From: Acidobacteriota bacterium
Lineage (GTDB): Bacteria; Acidobacteriota; Vicinamibacteria; Marinacidobacterales; Marinacidobacteraceae
Direction of reading: 5' to 3'
Length of the DNA stretch: 64,000 nucleotides
Assembly: GCA_022826825.1 (NCBI GenBank)
Contig: JAJDUD010000021.1
Coordinates: 7,610-71,609 of the forward strand
Below, in pieces: positions 27,872-36,175 of the stretch. The translations under genes and the position numbers were made by a program. Numbering within the stretch: the first letter of the stretch is position 1; each line of letters opens with the position of its first letter. The notes below the pieces were generated by a model, which had not been told where the DNA came from, did not search any database, and worked only from the letters and a program-made list of their open reading frames with translations.

Positions 27872-29583
27872 TGCTGGTACTGCTCCATCCCGCGTTCTGG
27901 CTCTTCATCGGGCTCGTCATCGTGTTCGCGAACCGGCGGCGCATGCCCGGAATGCCGGTCGGCGTGATCGTCGCGCTGGGAGCGGTGCTCGCCCTGATGC
28001 GGGCCGTGGAGGGGAGCCTCGAGACGACCGTCGCGGGGTTCCGTCTCGTCTGGTTCCAGGCGGACCGGCTGAGTCTGCTCTTTTCGCTCGTCTTCGCCAT
28101 CGTGGCGCTCCTCGGCTTCCTCTACGGATCGCACCGGATGCGCGCCGGCGAAACGGCGGCGGCGCTGCTCTACGCCGGTTCCGCCATCGCTACCGTGCTG
28201 GCGGGAGACTGGATCACCTTCTTCGTCTTCTGGGAGGCGATGGCGCTTTCCTCGGTCGCGCTGATCTGGCAGGGAGGCACCGCCGGCGCCCGGCGGGCGG
28301 GAATGCGCTACCTCCTTGTCCACGGCGCGGGCGGGGCTCTGCTGTTTGCCGGAATCGTCCTCCACCTGGCCGGCGGCGGCGAGACTTCGCTCGGCGGGCT
28401 GGTCTCGGGCTCGCCTCCGTTCTGGCTGATCCTGGGCGCGGTCGCGATCAACGCCGCCATCCCGCCGCTCCACGCCTGGCTGACCGACGCCTATCCGGAA
28501 GCCTCGACCTCGGGCTCCGTCTTCCTCTCGGCCTTCACCACCAAGACCGCGGTCTACGCGCTCCTGCGGCTCTTCCCGGGAACCGAGGTCCTGGTGCCGC
28601 TCGGCGCCGCGATGGCGCTCTACGGCGTGGTCTTCGCGGTCATCGAGAACGACATCCGCCGGCTTCTCGGGTACCACATCGTGAGCCAGGTCGGCTACAT
28701 GGTGGCGGCGGTGGGCATCGGCACCCCGCTGGCGCTGAACGGCGCCGCGTCGCACGCGTTCTCGCACATTCTCTACAAGGCCCTGCTGTTCATGGGTGCG
28801 GGAGCGGCCATCGAAGCGACCGGCCTCCGGCGCCTCTCCGACCTGGGAGGGATCTCCCGGCACATGCGCTTCGCGGTCGCGATGTACGCCGTCGGGGCGC
28901 TCTCGATCTCCGGCGCGCCGCTCTTCAACGGCTTCATCAGCAAGTCCATGATCGTCAGCGCCGCCGGCGAGGAACACCTGCTCTGGACGGAGCTGCTGCT
29001 GGTGCTCGCGGCGGTCGGGACGTTCCTGTCCGTGGGCCTGAAGCTGCCCTGGTTCGCGTTCTTCGGGGAACGGCGCGGGGTCGCCGTCCGGCCGCTGCCG
29101 ACGAACCTGCTCGCGGCCATGGGGATCGGCGGCGCCCTCTGCCTCCTCTACGGGCTCTTCCCGAACCTTCTCTACAGCCGGCTGCCGTACCTCGCGACCT
29201 ACGCGCCCTACACCCTGGACCACGTGGTCTCGTCCGCCCAGTTGCTCCTCGCCACCGGTTTCGTCTTCTACCTGGCCCGGAAGAAGCTCACCCCGTCACC
29301 GGGCCTCGCCCTCGATACCGACTGGCTCTACCGGGTCCCCCTGGCCCGGATGATCGCCGCCGCCACCCGGGCGCTCGCGGCCGTCGGCCCCGTCGCCCGC
29401 ACCCTGCGCGGCGAAACGGTGACGCGGCTGGACAACGCGGCGCGCCGGCTGGCGGCGCCGGGAGCCCCGCCGCGGCGGCGCGCGAGCTTCGCCTTCCGGG
29501 CCCCCATCGGCTGGACGGTGCTGTTCGCCGCGGCGGCCGTCGTCATCACCTGGGTCGTGGTGTGGCTGCGGAACCCCGGATAG
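27868..29583 (+). CDS. mrpD: Na+/H+ antiporter subunit D-like, D3
   Basis: FWEAM, NAAIPPLHAWLTDAYPEA, FTTKTAVY, ENDIRRLLGYHIVSQVG. Confidence 0.9.
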   Translation: MMLVLLHPAFWLFIGLVIVFANRRRMPGMPVGVIVALGAVLALMRAVEGSLETTVAGFRLVWFQADRLSLLFSLVFAIVALLGFLYGSHRMRAGETAAALLYAGSAIATVLAGDWITFFVFWEAMALSSVALIWQGGTAGARRAGMRYLLVHGAGGALLFAGIVLHLAGGGETSLGGLVSGSPPFWLILGAVAINAAIPPLHAWLTDAYPEASTSGSVFLSAFTTKTAVYALLRLFPGTEVLVPLGAAMALYGVVFAVIENDIRRLLGYHIVSQVGYMVAAVGIGTPLALNGAASHAFSHILYKALLFMGAGAAIEATGLRRLSDLGGISRHMRFAVAMYAVGALSISGAPLFNGFISKSMIVSAAGEEHLLWTELLLVLAAVGTFLSVGLKLPWFAFFGERRGVAVRPLPTNLLAAMGIGGALCLLYGLFPNLLYSRLPYLATYAPYTLDHVVSSAQLLLATGFVFYLARKKLTPSPGLALDTDWLYRVPLARMIAAATRALAAVGPVARTLRGETVTRLDNAARRLAAPGAPPRRRASFAFRAPIGWTVLFAAAAVVITWVVVWLRNPG

Positions 29584-29671
29584 GAACCGGACGTAGATCG
29601 AAGGCAGTGTTTCGACGACCCTCGCGCCGAGGGTCCCCGGCCCGGCGGCGGCGTTAGGCTTCCGGGGCGTC

Positions 29672-30115
29672 ATGCGGCCGGCACGTTGGCTCTGGCCAGC
29701 CCTCCTGGGGATCGCGGCAGTCCTGCTGATCCTGCGGCCGTGGGCCGGGGAAGCGCCGGCGCCGCCGGAGGCGGCCGACCCGCTCACCGAAGCCGAAGCG
29801 CTCTACGAAGAGGCGATCGGCGATCTGGAGTCGGCGCTTCGCTCGGCGGACTCCGAGGGATTCGGGGACCTGCACGCGGCGATGGAGCAGGAGCGGCAGG
29901 CGCTCGACGCCGCGATCGCGGACAGCCGGCGGCGCGCCGCCGCCGCCCCCGACGACGAAGAAGCCCAGGAGACCCTGTTTGAGAGCCTGCGCCGGAAGCT
30001 GGACCTGTTCCACAACACCCTGATGCTCATGCGGGACATGGAACGCGGGGACAGCGAAACGGCCCAGGATCGGATCGACGCCATCTCGGGGCGAGGACGC
30101 CCCGACACCGACTGA
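29672..30115 (+). CDS. Hypothetical membrane-anchored helical protein (anti-sigma C-terminal-like)
   Basis: N-terminal TM then acidic helical region; lies upstream of the DUF4097 gene. Confidence 0.6.
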   Translation: MRPARWLWPALLGIAAVLLILRPWAGEAPAPPEAADPLTEAEALYEEAIGDLESALRSADSEGFGDLHAAMEQERQALDAAIADSRRRAAAAPDDEEAQETLFESLRRKLDLFHNTLMLMRDMERGDSETAQDRIDAISGRGRPDTD

Positions 30116-30203
30116 CGATGAAGAAGACGAGTTTCCGGAACGGTCCGTCCGATCCTCACGCGGCGAGGCGCCAGCAGGCGATGGGTCCGCCAAGGAGCAA
30201 CCT

Positions 30204-31175
30204 GTGATGATGACAACCCTCAATCCGACGTCCCCGCGTCTGGCCGGGCAAGGACTTTCCCGCCGCGCCATACCGGCGGCGGCCGTGTTTCTCGCCGGTT
30301 CCCAGATGGCGCTGGCGCAGCCCCTGACGGAGCGGGTGGAACACGCGGTGGAGATCCCTCGTGACGCCCGGATCTCGATCATGAACTTCGCGGGACACGT
30401 GGAAGTGCACGGCACCGACCCCGGCGAGGACTCGACGCTCCGGGTGATCGGCGTGAAGCGGCTCGAAGCGGAACTTCCGGCCGAGGAGGCCGAACGCCTC
30501 TTCGAACGGGTGAACCTGGACCTGAGGCGGCGCGGACGGCGCATCCACATCGGGCCCAACCGGCCGCGCGGCGACCGGAATCGGCCGGCGGGGGAGCGGA
30601 GAGGGCCCCCGTCGGTAGCGGAGGTCCGGCCACCCAAGCGCATCCCTCCCGTGTCGGTGGATCTCGAAGTCTGGCTCCCCGACGGCGCTTCCCTCGAGGT
30701 GCGGACGTTCACCGCGCCGATCACGATCACCGGAATCGGCGGTCCGGACGGCGACTTCCTGCTCCGCAGCGTCAGCGGCCCCATCGAGATCACCGACCTC
30801 GAGGCGGACGATCTGCGGGTGGAAACCGTCAGCGGGAACCTGACCCTCGCGGACGTCCGGGCCCATCGCGGCAGCTTCATGACCCTGACGGCGCCGATCC
30901 GGCTGACCGGCGCCCTGCAGTTCGACGGCTGGTACGAGTTCCAGACCCACTCGGGAGCGGTCCTGCTCGGACTCGGGTCCCTCTCCGGCTTCACGGTCGC
31001 GGCCACCACCTACTCGGGGGAAATCCAGAGCGAACTGGAGTTCGAGACCGAGCACGACGGCCGGAGCCTCGAGGGCCGCTACGGCTCGGGCGGACCGCAG
31101 ATCAGCGTCAGCACCTTCGGCGGCTCCATCCACCTCGCCCCGGAGGCCGCCGCCGTCCGGGACGTGGAGCGTTAG
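30204..31175 (+). CDS. DUF4097 family beta-strand repeat protein
   Basis: Signal peptide; repeats SVSGPI, TVSGNL, THSGAV, TYSGEI, TFGGSI. Confidence 0.8.
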   Translation: MMMTTLNPTSPRLAGQGLSRRAIPAAAVFLAGSQMALAQPLTERVEHAVEIPRDARISIMNFAGHVEVHGTDPGEDSTLRVIGVKRLEAELPAEEAERLFERVNLDLRRRGRRIHIGPNRPRGDRNRPAGERRGPPSVAEVRPPKRIPPVSVDLEVWLPDGASLEVRTFTAPITITGIGGPDGDFLLRSVSGPIEITDLEADDLRVETVSGNLTLADVRAHRGSFMTLTAPIRLTGALQFDGWYEFQTHSGAVLLGLGSLSGFTVAATTYSGEIQSELEFETEHDGRSLEGRYGSGGPQISVSTFGGSIHLAPEAAAVRDVER

Positions 31176-31184
31176 TCCGGGGCG

Positions 31185-32528
31185 CTACTCGAGGACAAAA
31201 AGCAGCACGAACAGCCCCGCCAGGGCGTGGGTGACCGGCGAGACCTCCCGGCCCTTCCCGGAGAGCAGGTGGAGGGCTGACCAGGCGATGAAGCCGGCGC
31301 CGATCCCGTTGGTGATGCTGGTGGTGAGCGGCATGCCGACGACCACGAAGAACGCGGGGATGGCGGCGACCGGGCGGTCCCAGGGCACCTTCCCGATCTC
31401 CGGCATCATGAAGATCCCGACCAGGATCAGGATCGGCGCCGCGACGGGATAGAGGGTGACCCCCTCCCCGAACGGCACCCCGCCGATGACCGACAGCAGC
31501 GGATAGAAGAACATCGAACCAAGGAGCAGGCCAGCCGTGGTCAGCGCCGTGAGTCCGGTCCGGCCGCCCGCGGCGATGCCCGCGGCGCTCTCGATGTAGG
31601 TGGTGATGGTGGAGGTGCCGAGCAGGCTGCCGACCATGGTGCCCCCGGCATCGGAGGCGAAGGCCGCTTCCGCCCGGGGGAGCCGGCCCTCCCTCATCAG
31701 CCCGGCGCGGCTCGTGACCCCGAGCAGCGTCCCGATGGTGTCGAACATGTCCACGATCAGCAGCACCACCACCGCGAAGATCCACGTCGGCACCGCGAAG
31801 AGGCCGCCGAAGTCCGCCGCGAAGAGGGTGGGAAGGACCGAGGGAGGCGCCGAGACCACCCCGGTGAACTCGGTGAGGCCGAAGGCCAGGCTGAGGACCC
31901 CGGACGCTCCGGCGCCGATGAGCAGGGCTCCCGGCACCCGCCGGATCACCAGGATGGCGGTGACCGCCAGGCCCACGAGCGCGACCTGCACCGGACGGGC
32001 CCCGATGTCGCCGGGCCCGATGTAGATGCTCGGCGTGGCGACGAGGAGGCCCGCCCAGCGCAGCCCGATCACCGCGATCATCAGCCCGATCCCGGCCACG
32101 ATCCCGTGCCGGAGGGGCTCCGGAACCAGGTCCATGAGCTTCGAGCGAACCTTGAAGAGCGCGCTCGCCAGGAAGAGGACTCCGGCGATGAAGGTGGCGG
32201 CGAGCGCCTGCTGCCACGTCAGTCCGAAGCCGCCCGCCGCGGCAGCCCCGCAGAGGGTGAAGGCGAAGAAGAAGTTCAGGCCCATCCCCGGCGCGAGGGC
32301 CACCGGCAGCCGCGCGAAGATGCCCGCCGACGCGGTGGCGAGCGCCGCGCCCACGCAAGTGGCCACCATCACCGCGCCGCTGTCCATCCCGGCGGCCCCG
32401 AGCACGATCGGGTTGACCAGGACGATGTAGGCGAGGGTCAGCCAGGTGGTGGCCCCGGCCAGCACCTCGCGCCGGGGCGTGCTGCCCCGCGCCTCGATCT
32501 CGAAGAAACGATCCAGCCAGTCGATCAC
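31185..32528 (-). CDS. NCS2/AzgA family purine permease
   Basis: REVLAGATT, AYIVLVNP, APGMGLNFFF, DMFDTIGT, YIESAAG. Confidence 0.93.
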   Translation of the reverse strand: MIDWLDRFFEIEARGSTPRREVLAGATTWLTLAYIVLVNPIVLGAAGMDSGAVMVATCVGAALATASAGIFARLPVALAPGMGLNFFFAFTLCGAAAAGGFGLTWQQALAATFIAGVLFLASALFKVRSKLMDLVPEPLRHGIVAGIGLMIAVIGLRWAGLLVATPSIYIGPGDIGARPVQVALVGLAVTAILVIRRVPGALLIGAGASGVLSLAFGLTEFTGVVSAPPSVLPTLFAADFGGLFAVPTWIFAVVVLLIVDMFDTIGTLLGVTSRAGLMREGRLPRAEAAFASDAGGTMVGSLLGTSTITTYIESAAGIAAGGRTGLTALTTAGLLLGSMFFYPLLSVIGGVPFGEGVTLYPVAAPILILVGIFMMPEIGKVPWDRPVAAIPAFFVVVGMPLTTSITNGIGAGFIAWSALHLLSGKGREVSPVTHALAGLFVLLFVLE

Positions 32529-32569
32529 CGGGCCCTCTCCTTCCACCCCGGCCCCGGCCGGGCGCGCGA

Positions 32570-32578
32570 TGGTACAAT
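32570..32578 (+). promoter_or_regulatory. Putative extended -10 promoter for rpsT
   Basis: TGGTACAAT (TGnTACAAT) about 160 bp upstream of rpsT. Confidence 0.45.
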
Positions 32579-32608
32579 GCCCGTTCACCCCGTGAGTTAC
32601 GGGATTTG

Positions 32609-32656
32609 GGAGCGCCGGTCTTCAGACCGGCATCGCGGCCGCAGGCCGCGAAACTC
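32609..32656 (+). repeat. REP-like double-hairpin repeat, subtype B
   Basis: GGAGCGCCGGTCTTCAGACCGGCATCGCGGCCGCAGGCCGCGAAACTC; identical to the start of the element at 59970. Confidence 0.85.
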
Positions 32657-32740
32657 ACTCACTGAATCGCTTTCGCGGCCCATCCCCGGTCCGGAACAGC
32701 GAAACATCGTTCCTTTCAAAAACACAGGTTTCGGAAACGT

Positions 32741-32998
32741 ATGGCCCACAGCAAATCCGCGAAGAAGCGCGTCCGCCAGAACGAAGAGCAGCGCCTTCGC
32801 AACCGGCACCACCGGAGCCGTCTGCGCACGGCGATCAAGAGGCTCCGCGCCGCGGTCGCCGCCGGCGACAAGGACGCGAGCCGGGAGCAGCTTCCGGGCG
32901 CCATCGCCCTGCTGGACCGGATGGCGGGCCGCCGGGTCATCCACCGAAACGCCGCCGCCCGCACCAAGTCCCGCCTCTCCCGCCTCGTAGCCAGGTAG
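32741..32998 (+). CDS. rpsT: 30S ribosomal protein S20
   Basis: MAHSKSAKKRVRQNE, IHRNAAARTKSRL. Confidence 0.97.
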   Translation: MAHSKSAKKRVRQNEEQRLRNRHHRSRLRTAIKRLRAAVAAGDKDASREQLPGAIALLDRMAGRRVIHRNAAARTKSRLSRLVAR

Positions 32999-33019
32999 GC
33001 AACCCCGGCCTCGCGCGCC

Positions 33020-33452
33020 GGCTTGGAACGCCGGCCTCCGGTCGGCACGCGGCCCGCAGGGCCGCAGGTGGTTCATCGCCAACCGAAAGAGATGGCTCCC
33101 GCCTCGGCGTGGAACTCACCTGTGGAGGGGGCACCCACGGCTTGGAACGCCGACCTCCGGGCGGCACCGCGGGCCGAAGGCCCGCGGGCGACGTGCCGCA
33201 CGTCGTCTTGGGCGACAGACACCTGGGCGCGTCCCTTCCGCCCGCTTGCACCGCGGGAGAGAACCATCCCGCAGCTCGGCGCCGTGCCGTGCGCTGCGCA
33301 GTCGCGCAGCGCGGTGCCGACCGGAGGGCGGCGGGGCAAGCCCGCGGCGCCACCAAGGCCCGCGGCCGACCCGCCAAACTGCATTTTCACAGCAACTGGC
33401 CTCCGGCCGGCACGCGGCCCGCAGGGCCGCAGGTGGTTCATCGCCAACCGAA
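33020..33452. repeat. Cluster of four REP-like repeats (BIME-like) including a 54-bp direct repeat
   Basis: Copies at about 33020(+), 33139(+), 33311(-), 33399(+); 33034-33087 and 33399-33452 differ at one base. Confidence 0.8.
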
Positions 33453-33516
33453 CAGGAACGCGCTACGGTTTGGTACCCGCCTGGGCTCGGACATGCCTGC
33501 ACCTCCTGACCAAGTC

Positions 33517-33978
33517 ATGCACGTTCGCATGGGTCACCTCCGGTTCGTGGCGGGACTCGGCGCCGGTTTCGGCCTGGGTGTCCTGGCGACGTTTGCGTTC
33601 CACGCCTCGATGGCCCCGTTGGCGGACCTGCCCGACGGGTTCCCGACGGCGGTAGACGAGTACGAGGCACAGGTCGCGCTGGTGAAGGAGGTGGCGGCCG
33701 ATCCCTGTGGGACGGATGCGGTGTATTCGCGGATTCCGTTCGGCTCAGGCCTGTGGACGCTTACGAACGGTCATCTGGAGGAAGGGGTGTGGATCTTCGA
33801 GTTGGCGATGCCGGTCTTTGGAGAGTTCCTCACGATGGAACAGCAGGAGGCGCTGGATCAATACCTGGGAACGGTCTCGTACGCGTCTCCCGGCCAAGCG
33901 GAGTGGCCCGCAAGCGACGCCCACCGGGAAGTAGGGCTCTGCGGCGACGCGCAGGAGGAAGTCCCTCCGGATCCCTGA
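33517..33978 (+). CDS. Hypothetical protein with N-terminal TM/signal
   Basis: Coherent acidic ORF with hydrophobic N-terminus; more T/A-rich than flanks; start 33517 or 33529. Confidence 0.6.
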   Translation: MHVRMGHLRFVAGLGAGFGLGVLATFAFHASMAPLADLPDGFPTAVDEYEAQVALVKEVAADPCGTDAVYSRIPFGSGLWTLTNGHLEEGVWIFELAMPVFGEFLTMEQQEALDQYLGTVSYASPGQAEWPASDAHREVGLCGDAQEEVPPDP

Positions 33979-34150
33979 ACGGCGACTCCTCGCTCGGTCG
34001 GCCGTGAACTGCCCACGCCCTGCAAGGCCGCAATGCCCGTCCGGACGGCCGCTACCGAGAGAACCGGACGGCTTTCCCGGCGGTTTCGTCGCCTCCGGAA
34101 GCGGGCGTTGCGAGCCGGCGGATCGTGGGGGTGGGTGAGGTTGCGACGTC

Positions 34151-34198
34151 CGCGGGCCGGAGGCCCGCTGTGCCGGCCGGAGGCCGGCGTTCCAAGCC
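34151..34198 (-). repeat. REP-like double-hairpin repeat, subtype A
   Basis: Near-identical to 2030-2078. Confidence 0.8.
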
Positions 34199-34251
34199 GG
34201 TGCGCCATCACGCCCGCCGGCAGACGGCGGAGCCCGCATACGATTCCCGCC

Positions 34252-35304
34252 ATGCGCGCAATCCTCTCCCGCGGCGGCGCCAGGCTGCTGCTCGGCGGAT
34301 TCGCGATTGCGCTAGCTGGCTGCGCCGCCGGTGACCGCGACGAAACGGGGGCGGAGACCGGCGAGGAGCGCGCGGCCGCAGAGTCGGAAACGACCCTCCC
34401 CTTCCCGTCCCAGCCCCCGGACGGGCCCATGCCCGAGATCGGACCGGCGCCCGCGGAGTACGTGCCGACGGCCGCCGGCGCGCCGGCCACCGACATCTGG
34501 CTGGGGACCCTTGACCGCGACGGCGGCGCGCTCTCCGTCTCCGGTCTGGAGCAGGCAACCGACCGCGACGCCTACGACAACCAGCCCAGCTTCCTCCTCG
34601 ACGGCTCCGCCATCCTCTGGACGGCGGCGCTGGAGCGGCGCCAGACCGAAACCATGCGCCTTGGCGTGACCTCCGGGGCGGAACCCGGCCCCGGGGTCCA
34701 GTTGACGCACACGGAGGCGAGCGAGTTCTCGCCGCTCCAGATCCCCGGACAGGAGGCCTTCTCCGCGATCCACGAGCTCCGCGGCAAGCAGTACCTGTGG
34801 CGCTACGACCTCTCCGGCGCCCCGCTGGGGCCGATCTTCGCCACCGCCGAGCCGGTGGGGTACCACGCGTGGGCCAACGAACAGGTCGTCGCGATGTTCA
34901 TCCTCGGCAGTCCGGCGACCCTCCAGGTCGGGAACGCGCTGAGCGGGGAGATCCGGCTCGTCGCCGAGCACCCCGGCCGCTCGATCCACCGGATCCCGGG
35001 GACGGAGGAGATCTCCTTCGTGCGCAAGGTTTCGGACGAGGAGTGGTGGATCGAACGCCTCGATCCCGCCGCGGGCACCACGGTGCGGCTTGCCAGGACG
35101 CTGCCGGGCCGCGAGGACTACGCGTGGACGCCCGAGGGCGAGATCGTGATGGGCGACGGCTCGCGCCTGTTCGCCTGGGTGGAGGGCCCGGACTGGACGG
35201 AGATCGCCGACCTCTCGGACCTCGGTGTCGACGGCATCACCCGCCTCGCCGTGAGCCCGGACGGTGCCCGAATCGCGATCGTCGCCAACCGCCCGAGCGG
35301 CTGA
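34252..35304 (+). CDS. TolB-like beta-propeller lipoprotein
   Basis: Lipobox ALAGC; YDNQPSF, WTPEG, VSPDG motifs. Confidence 0.75.
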   Translation: MRAILSRGGARLLLGGFAIALAGCAAGDRDETGAETGEERAAAESETTLPFPSQPPDGPMPEIGPAPAEYVPTAAGAPATDIWLGTLDRDGGALSVSGLEQATDRDAYDNQPSFLLDGSAILWTAALERRQTETMRLGVTSGAEPGPGVQLTHTEASEFSPLQIPGQEAFSAIHELRGKQYLWRYDLSGAPLGPIFATAEPVGYHAWANEQVVAMFILGSPATLQVGNALSGEIRLVAEHPGRSIHRIPGTEEISFVRKVSDEEWWIERLDPAAGTTVRLARTLPGREDYAWTPEGEIVMGDGSRLFAWVEGPDWTEIADLSDLGVDGITRLAVSPDGARIAIVANRPSG

Positions 35305-35330
35305 GACATCCGGCCGCCACCGCGGCACGA

Positions 35331-35423
35331 ACGGCTCGCGACGCCGCATGGCGCACCGGCTTGGAACGCCGGCCGGTTCTCGCGGCAGCGGCCTCCAGAC
35401 CGGCACGCGGCCCGCAGGGCCGC
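35331..35423 (+). repeat. About 92-bp REP-containing direct repeat, left of higBA
   Basis: Matches 36031-36122 with about 7 differences. Confidence 0.88.
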
Positions 35424-35452
35424 TGCCATGGCGCAACAGCCGCGCACCCTCC

Positions 35453-35720
35453 ACTCGCCCACAAGGGACTGCGGGCGCTGTCCGAGCGCGACCGAACGCG
35501 CGGACTACCGCAGGATCTCGTGCCGCGTATCCGTCGGATACTGGCCGATCTCGAGGTCGCGCAGCGGCCGGGCGAGCTAGACCTTCCGGGCTACCGGTTG
35601 CACCCTCTCAAGGGGGACCGGACCGGACAGTGGAGCGTCCGGGTGAGCGGTAACCTGCGAATCGTCTTCCGTTTCGTTGCAGGCGATGCGGTGGATATTG
35701 ATCTGGTGGACTACCACTAG
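35453..35720 (+). pseudogene. higB: HigB (RelE/ParE superfamily) toxin lacking an in-frame canonical start
   Basis: HKGLRAL...PGYRLHPLKGDRTGQWSVRVSGNLRIVFRF...DLVDYH; nearest ATG (35428) is out of frame. Confidence 0.65.
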
Positions 35721-35731
35721 GGAGAACGACA

Positions 35732-35998
35732 ATGAGTTCGATGGTGAATCCCCCCCATCCCGGAGAAACCGTTCGCTTCGAGTGCATCGAAGCGAGCGGC
35801 CTGACCGTCACCGACACCGCACGGCTGCTCGGCTGTTCGCGGCCCACCCTTTCCCGCCTCCTGAACGGCCGCGCCGCCATCTCGGCCACGATGGCGCTCG
35901 CCCTGGAGCGCCAGGGATGGAGCACGGCCGACTTCTGGATGCGACGCCAGGCGGCATGGAATCTCGCGCAGGCGCGACGCCGGGCGAATGCCGCCTGA
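35732..35998 (+). CDS. higA: HigA family antitoxin (HTH)
   Basis: PPHPGE, SRPTLSRLLNG, ISATMALAL, FWMRRQAAWNL. Confidence 0.92.
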   Translation: MSSMVNPPHPGETVRFECIEASGLTVTDTARLLGCSRPTLSRLLNGRAAISATMALALERQGWSTADFWMRRQAAWNLAQARRRANAA

Positions 35999-36030
35999 GC
36001 GAGAACGCTTGGCTATGTCTCCGTAAGGGG

Positions 36031-36122
36031 ACGGCTTGGGACGTCGCATGGCGCACCGGCCTGGAACGCCGGCCGGTTCTCGCGGTAGCGGCCTCCGACC
36101 GGTACGCGGCCCGCAGGGCCGC
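36031..36122 (+). repeat. About 92-bp REP-containing direct repeat, right of higBA
   Basis: Matches 35331-35423. Confidence 0.88.
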
Positions 36123-36175
36123 AAGGCGCGTCGGGCCGCCCCGCCTGAAGGGCGCGCGGCAGCCGCCCGCCCCGA

